A DNA stretch of 38,749 nt, taken from Octopus bimaculoides (Eukaryota). The stretch is taken from assembly GCF_001194135.2 (NCBI RefSeq), contig NC_068981.1:23583250-23621998 (forward strand). The letters are read 5' to 3'. Under the pieces are notes generated by a model. The model saw nothing but the letters and a program-made list of their open reading frames with translations, searched no databases and had not been told where the DNA came from. Within the stretch, counting starts at the first letter, position 1; every line of letters begins with the position of its first letter. A program made the position numbers and the translations under genes. Positions 34,423-38,749 of the stretch are shown here, piece after piece.

Positions 34423-34714
34423 CATACAATATTTCCTCCTCTTTTTACTCATATGCCACCTCACCAGTACTCCAGGCTGCAAATTTAACTTTATGCTCAC
34501 TTCTTCCTTAGGACTTCGAGAGCCTGAAATTCTATTCCTCAACGTTTTGTCTTCTTGCCCGCAACTGTTGATTAGTAGCCGTTCAAGGGAAACACTAACT
34601 CGATCAGTTTTACCGACTTTGGATGTGGTGGCATTGGATGCGAAGGCAACGCACACACCCAGTTCTTAGTAATAAAAGGGATCTGAATCTTTTATAAAAG
34701 CTCAGTTCCTTTAC

Positions 34715-34916
34715 CATTCTATTATAGGCACAAGGCTTGGAATTTGGGGGAAGGGTACTTGTCGATTACATCGACCCCATCATTTGATTGATATGTGATT
34801 TATCGATCCCGAAGAGATAAATGTCAGTGGAATTCGAACACAGAACGTAAAAACGGACGAAATGCCGTCAAGCATTTTGTCCAGCGTGCTAACGATTATG
34901 CCTGCTCTCCGGCTTA
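34715..34916 (-). mobile_element. SINE family C
   Basis: GGCACAAGGC..GAATTTGGGGGAAGGG...GTCGATTACATCGACCCC...GAATTCGAACACAGAACGTAAA.ACGGACGAAATGCCG..AAGCATTTTGTCC.GCGTGCTAACGATT. Confidence 0.85.
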
Positions 34917-34959
34917 TGGACGAGCATTATAATGCTATATCACATTGAGTGAATCTACT

Positions 34960-35770
34960 TGACTTTTGGTTACTATGTCGTTGAAACAGCTGAATCGTTG
35001 TTACACTAGCTCCGCAGTCTGTTTCGCTTTAGAATATACTGCGTCTCTTTTGTGTTCATGTACAGTACATTATGTTTCTTTTCTTTTTACAGCGTTTATC
35101 AATTTGCACATAAAATCTACTAAGAAGACTCGATTGTGTTGTTTAGATGTGATATATGGCTGCTGTACACTGGAACATTCCTTTCTTCCACTCTTCTGTA
35201 AACTGATTGCTAGAAATGATGTCTTTGTTAATTTTAAAGTTATGTTTCATATATTTCATTTTGTGGTGGATAGTTTTGTCAATTTTGGAAATGTTATAAG
35301 CAAATGTGCTGTGTTTGTTAAAACTGTGTAATATTCATTGTTTCAGTTAAATTAACGTTGACTGTAATTTTCTTTTTTAATTTTTTTTTGCATCGCAGAT
35401 TATTTTAAATGCCGACTGACTTTTCGATGATCCTGATTTTAAATTGAGTTGGGCATTTAGTTGAAACCGAATTTTAGATTGTCAATGTTCGGTGCTGTTT
35501 TTCTCGTGGAAGTAAACTCTTCCCATTTTCCCACGATGATATCCTCCACATTCTGGACGAAGCTATTTATTAGTCTAAGTCTAAAGATTTTTAGTTCGGT
35601 ATGGGGATGAAGTTTGTTGAAGATACGAGCAAACGTTCTAGCATCAGCTGAATTCTCTGTTAATAGTGCGCAAATGTTGAATAAATTGCACTTTTATAAG
35701 TGAATAGAGGTTACAAACAGCTAACCAACCAACATTTCGGTACGTCATTACTTTCATAACTAGCGATCAG
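34960..35770 (-). mobile_element. Possible decayed N-terminal part of a Penelope-like ORF
   Basis: Strand-asymmetric, A-rich minus strand with residual K/N/I-rich reading segments (RIFNKLHPHTELKIFRLRLINSF), preceded by a GTACCGAAATGTT hammerhead-like tail. Same orientation as the RT at 31600-32450. Confidence 0.25.
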
Positions 35771-36209
35771 TTCATATAATTCAGCTTAAAAATGAAGGGG
35801 TCATCGTTTCCAGAAATAAATACACACTCTGGTTGTCATTATTCCTTTGTATTTATTTATTTATTTATTTAGTTACATCATATAAGGTTTAAGGACTGCA
35901 GTATCAGTAGAGGAGAGGACGAATTTCCTCACATTTTTTTTTTTGGCACCTGTTTACATTTGGAGTTCATTCGGTTGACTTCGCATTTGAACTTCGTAGG
36001 ATTTATATAAGTGAGTGAAATTGAAGTAGGAGTTGCATTTAGTCAGTTGTATCCCTTCTCCATTATGTGCATCTTTAGAGCAGATGTATGGACACATACC
36101 ACTTCTAATATTATTATTCAACACAGAGTAAGCATTGCTGATCACTTTCATAATGTTAAACAAGATCATATCTGATATTATGCTTTAGACATTTCCGTAT
36201 CTAATAAAT

Positions 36210-36450
36210 GAACCCGTGTGACCTAATGGTTAAGGGTGTTGCCCTCTGGATCGCAAGATTGTAGTTTCGATATCCGGACTTAGGTGGGGAGTTGTGGTTT
36301 TCAACAAGATACTTCATTTCACGTCGCTGCAGTCCACTCGGCTATAAGTGAGTAACCCTTGGACAGACTAGCGTCCGATTCAGGGGGAATATGAACTCGG
36401 TCACTTATACGTCGAGGAATCTCTAAGTATCCGGCGTTATAAGTCATTGG
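36210..36450 (+). mobile_element. Diverged tRNA-derived SINE related to family B
   Basis: GTGACCTAATGGTTAAG (A-box), GTTTCGATATCC (B-box), CAACAAGATACTTCATTTCAC..GCTGCAGTCCACTCGGCT; ends in (GAT)n. Confidence 0.7.
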
Positions 36451-36475
36451 ACTCGAGAGAGTAATGTTCAGGGGT

Positions 36476-36477
<2 letters not shown>

Positions 36478-36516
<39 letters not shown>

Positions 36517-36520
36517 GTGA
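36478..36520. repeat. (GAT)n microsatellite
   Basis: Direct run; explains the poly-His ORF. Confidence 0.95.
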
Positions 36521-36676
36521 TTTTTTTCGATTAAAGGAAGAAGACTACTCGACCACATAGATGTTATTGGCAAAAATACAAGACTCACAACATGGAATTG
36601 AAGATCTACCAAAGCTAATGGAAGACAGAAATTCATGACGCAACACCATGAGACTCATTTTTGTCGCGTCTGCTTC

Positions 36677-36823
36677 AAGAAGAAGAAGAAGAAGAAGAAG
36701 AAGAAGAAGAAGAAGAAGAAGAAGAAGAAGAAGAAGAAGAAGAAGANNNNNNNNNNGAAGAAGAAGAAGAAGAAGAAGAAGAAGAAGAAGAAGAAGAAGA
36801 AGAAGAAGAAGAAGAAGAAGAAG
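36677..36823. repeat. (GAA)n microsatellite with a small gap
   Basis: Direct run; explains the poly-Lys/poly-Glu ORFs. Confidence 0.98.
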
Positions 36824-37739
36824 CTAATATGTGGCTAACATGTTTGTAGGTCATTATTTATCTCACCTGTGGAATATTCAGCTCTTTCGTCACACTTCTG
36901 AGTGTCCTTTTCATTGATCTCTATAGCATTTGATGGCAATAGATTTTACACCTCTTCCTACATTGCGAAAATAAAAGCCTATTAACTTTCATTATATATG
37001 TATGTGTGGTAACCTCCCTTTGATTTAGCAAACGGACAAATGGCGTTTTTATTGCTACTTTTCTAGGTTTTAATGCTATTCTAGGTGTTGATGAAGCAGG
37101 ATTCGATTATTTCTTCACCTCAGCATAACAACCCACTGACACTGATGTATATATTCTCAATCTTTTTGTTTTCCTGTTTGTTTCTATATGCATAAATTTC
37201 ATCTCATCTACACACATTCATATAGTTGTGTGTATATATATATATATNNNNNNNNNNNNNNNNNNNNNNNNNNNNNNNNNNNNNNNNNNNNNNNNNNNNN
37301 NNNNNNNNNNNNNNNNNTATATATGTTTGTGTATAAATGTATGTACATAAACATATTAAAGTCTTTTTGCGAATTACTTGATACAGTTTTGCTAAGTATA
37401 AAACAGATTAGACTTTTCAAAAAAATTATTTAAAAAATAATAGTTGTGAGTTAATATTCAAAACGTCATTAACCATTTTGGTAGAAATTTCTTTCTAGTG
37501 TGACTGAGGGATTTCGATTATCTTTTCAAACACACATGTTATATATATATGTATTTATAATTTGATAAGTGACAACGCAAGACGCTCTCATACCTCAGAG
37601 TGACTCGGAATCTGGGAACCTCATGTGTTGACATTTATCAAATTAGTTTGATGTGCCAACGCGCGAAACTCTCAGCTCTTGAGTCACTCTGTTGCTTTTG
37701 CTGGATATTAATAAAAAAACATACACATACTCATACTTA

Positions 37740-37965
37740 GAGTCCCAATTTCGTCTGTTTGTACCACCATACCCATATATGACAGCGTGTGTATCGTTGA
37801 CGTATTTTTTTTTATCCGTCTTCCCTTCTTTGGACTTCTATATTTCTGATGAAGAGTTCCGCTCGAAACGTGAAATCCTCTTTCTTTTCCTGAGCCTCCA
37901 ATAACAATGTACTTATTCCACATCCTCGCGTTGCTGTTTTTTTCTTGCTTGTTCATGTTTGGATT
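37740..37965 (+). mobile_element. Penelope-like 3' end carrying a hammerhead motif
   Basis: Hammerhead core at 37842-37876 followed by CTCTTTCTTTTCCTGAGC and a pyrimidine-rich tail into (CT)n/(TA)n, like the copies at 6300 and 10985. Confidence 0.6.
37842..37876 (+). ncRNA. Minimal type I hammerhead ribozyme-like motif (canonical core, GUG at the cleavage site)
   Basis: ATTT-CTGATGA-A-GAG ttccg CTC-GAAA-CG-TG-AAAT: stem I ATTT/AAAT, stem II GAG/CTC. Confidence 0.6.
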
Positions 37966-38004
37966 GACTCTCTCTGTCTCTCTTTCTCTCTCTGTCTCTC
38001 TCTC

Positions 38005-38079
<75 letters not shown>

Positions 38080-38526
38080 GTCTATGTAAGTTAGAAGTTA
38101 AACAACCATCTAAGGGAGGATAAATATCCAATATACTACTGGATGTATACCTATGTATTTATATCCAAATGCTCACTGTTATAAGACAATAGCGCAATTA
38201 AATAATAGGTATGAGTGGAGGTACACAAAAGTTTACCCATAATTTATACGGCAAAGAAGAAAATGGAGAAGATAATTAGTTGGTAAACATCAGCTTACAA
38301 ACATCAAATAGATCTACTTATTAATTAGAATCATATGGATAAATAAATGAATAAATGAATACATAAGAATAACTGGCCGCAGTCAAATGATTGAAGCATA
38401 TCAAAGAATATATATATAAGGCACACACACAAGCACACACATATACGCACACACACACATGTACACATGCACGCACACATAAGAATACATCTTGCTCATA
38501 AATTCCTTGAACGTGGTAGAGTATAT

Positions 38527-38685
38527 ATAGGCACAGGAGTGGTTGTGTCGTAAGTAGCTTACTTACCAGGTTCAGTTCCACTGCGTGACATCTTGGATAA
38601 GTGTCTTCTACTAAAACCTCGGGCCAGCCTTGTGAGTGAATTTGGTAGACGGAAATTGAAAGAAGCCCCTCGTATATGTATATAG

Positions 38686-38749
<64 letters not shown>
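38527..38749 (+). mobile_element. SINE family A 5' half, cut by the window end
   Basis: ATAGGCACAGGAGTGGTTGTGTCGTAAGTAGC...GGTTCAGTTCC...AAGTGTCTTCTACT...GGTAGACGGAAATTGAAAGAAGCCC then (TA)(TG)n. Confidence 0.9.

Noticed and set aside
34430-34650. Possible RTE post-RT fragment on the minus strand (LVRWHM)
   Set aside because: The match is limited to one weak motif, too little to call.
111-38581. ORF-track entries rich in YI, CV, HT, poly-L/K/E/H/S or X
   Set aside because: They are translations of microsatellites or N gaps, not genes.

Overview
AT-rich eukaryotic draft-assembly window with many N gaps, most of them flanked by microsatellites. It is dominated by simple repeats and decayed mobile elements. 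The SINE families, LINE content and microsatellite density look like an octopod cephalopod genome, probably Octopus; this is inference from remembered repeat sequences, not a database hit. I find no intact protein-coding gene, and the supplied ORFs are microsatellite, gap or transposon artefacts. Supported content: many tRNA-headed SINEs from at least three families, remnants of R4/Dong-type (restriction-like endonuclease), RTE and CR1-group LINEs, Penelope-like ends carrying minimal hammerhead-ribozyme motifs, a Helentron/HINE-type element, a TA-flanked foldback MITE, probable hAT remnants and an internally deleted 5S rRNA copy. The most unusual items are a near-perfect 116-bp-arm hairpin, a degenerate 31-bp-period array with phased ATTGG (CCAAT) cores, the hammerhead motifs, a SINE-LINE shared 3' tail, an RTE with three tandem C2H2 fingers, and several plus-strand exon-like segments that do not join into an open frame. 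Coordinates of decayed elements are approximate and all alignments were done by eye.
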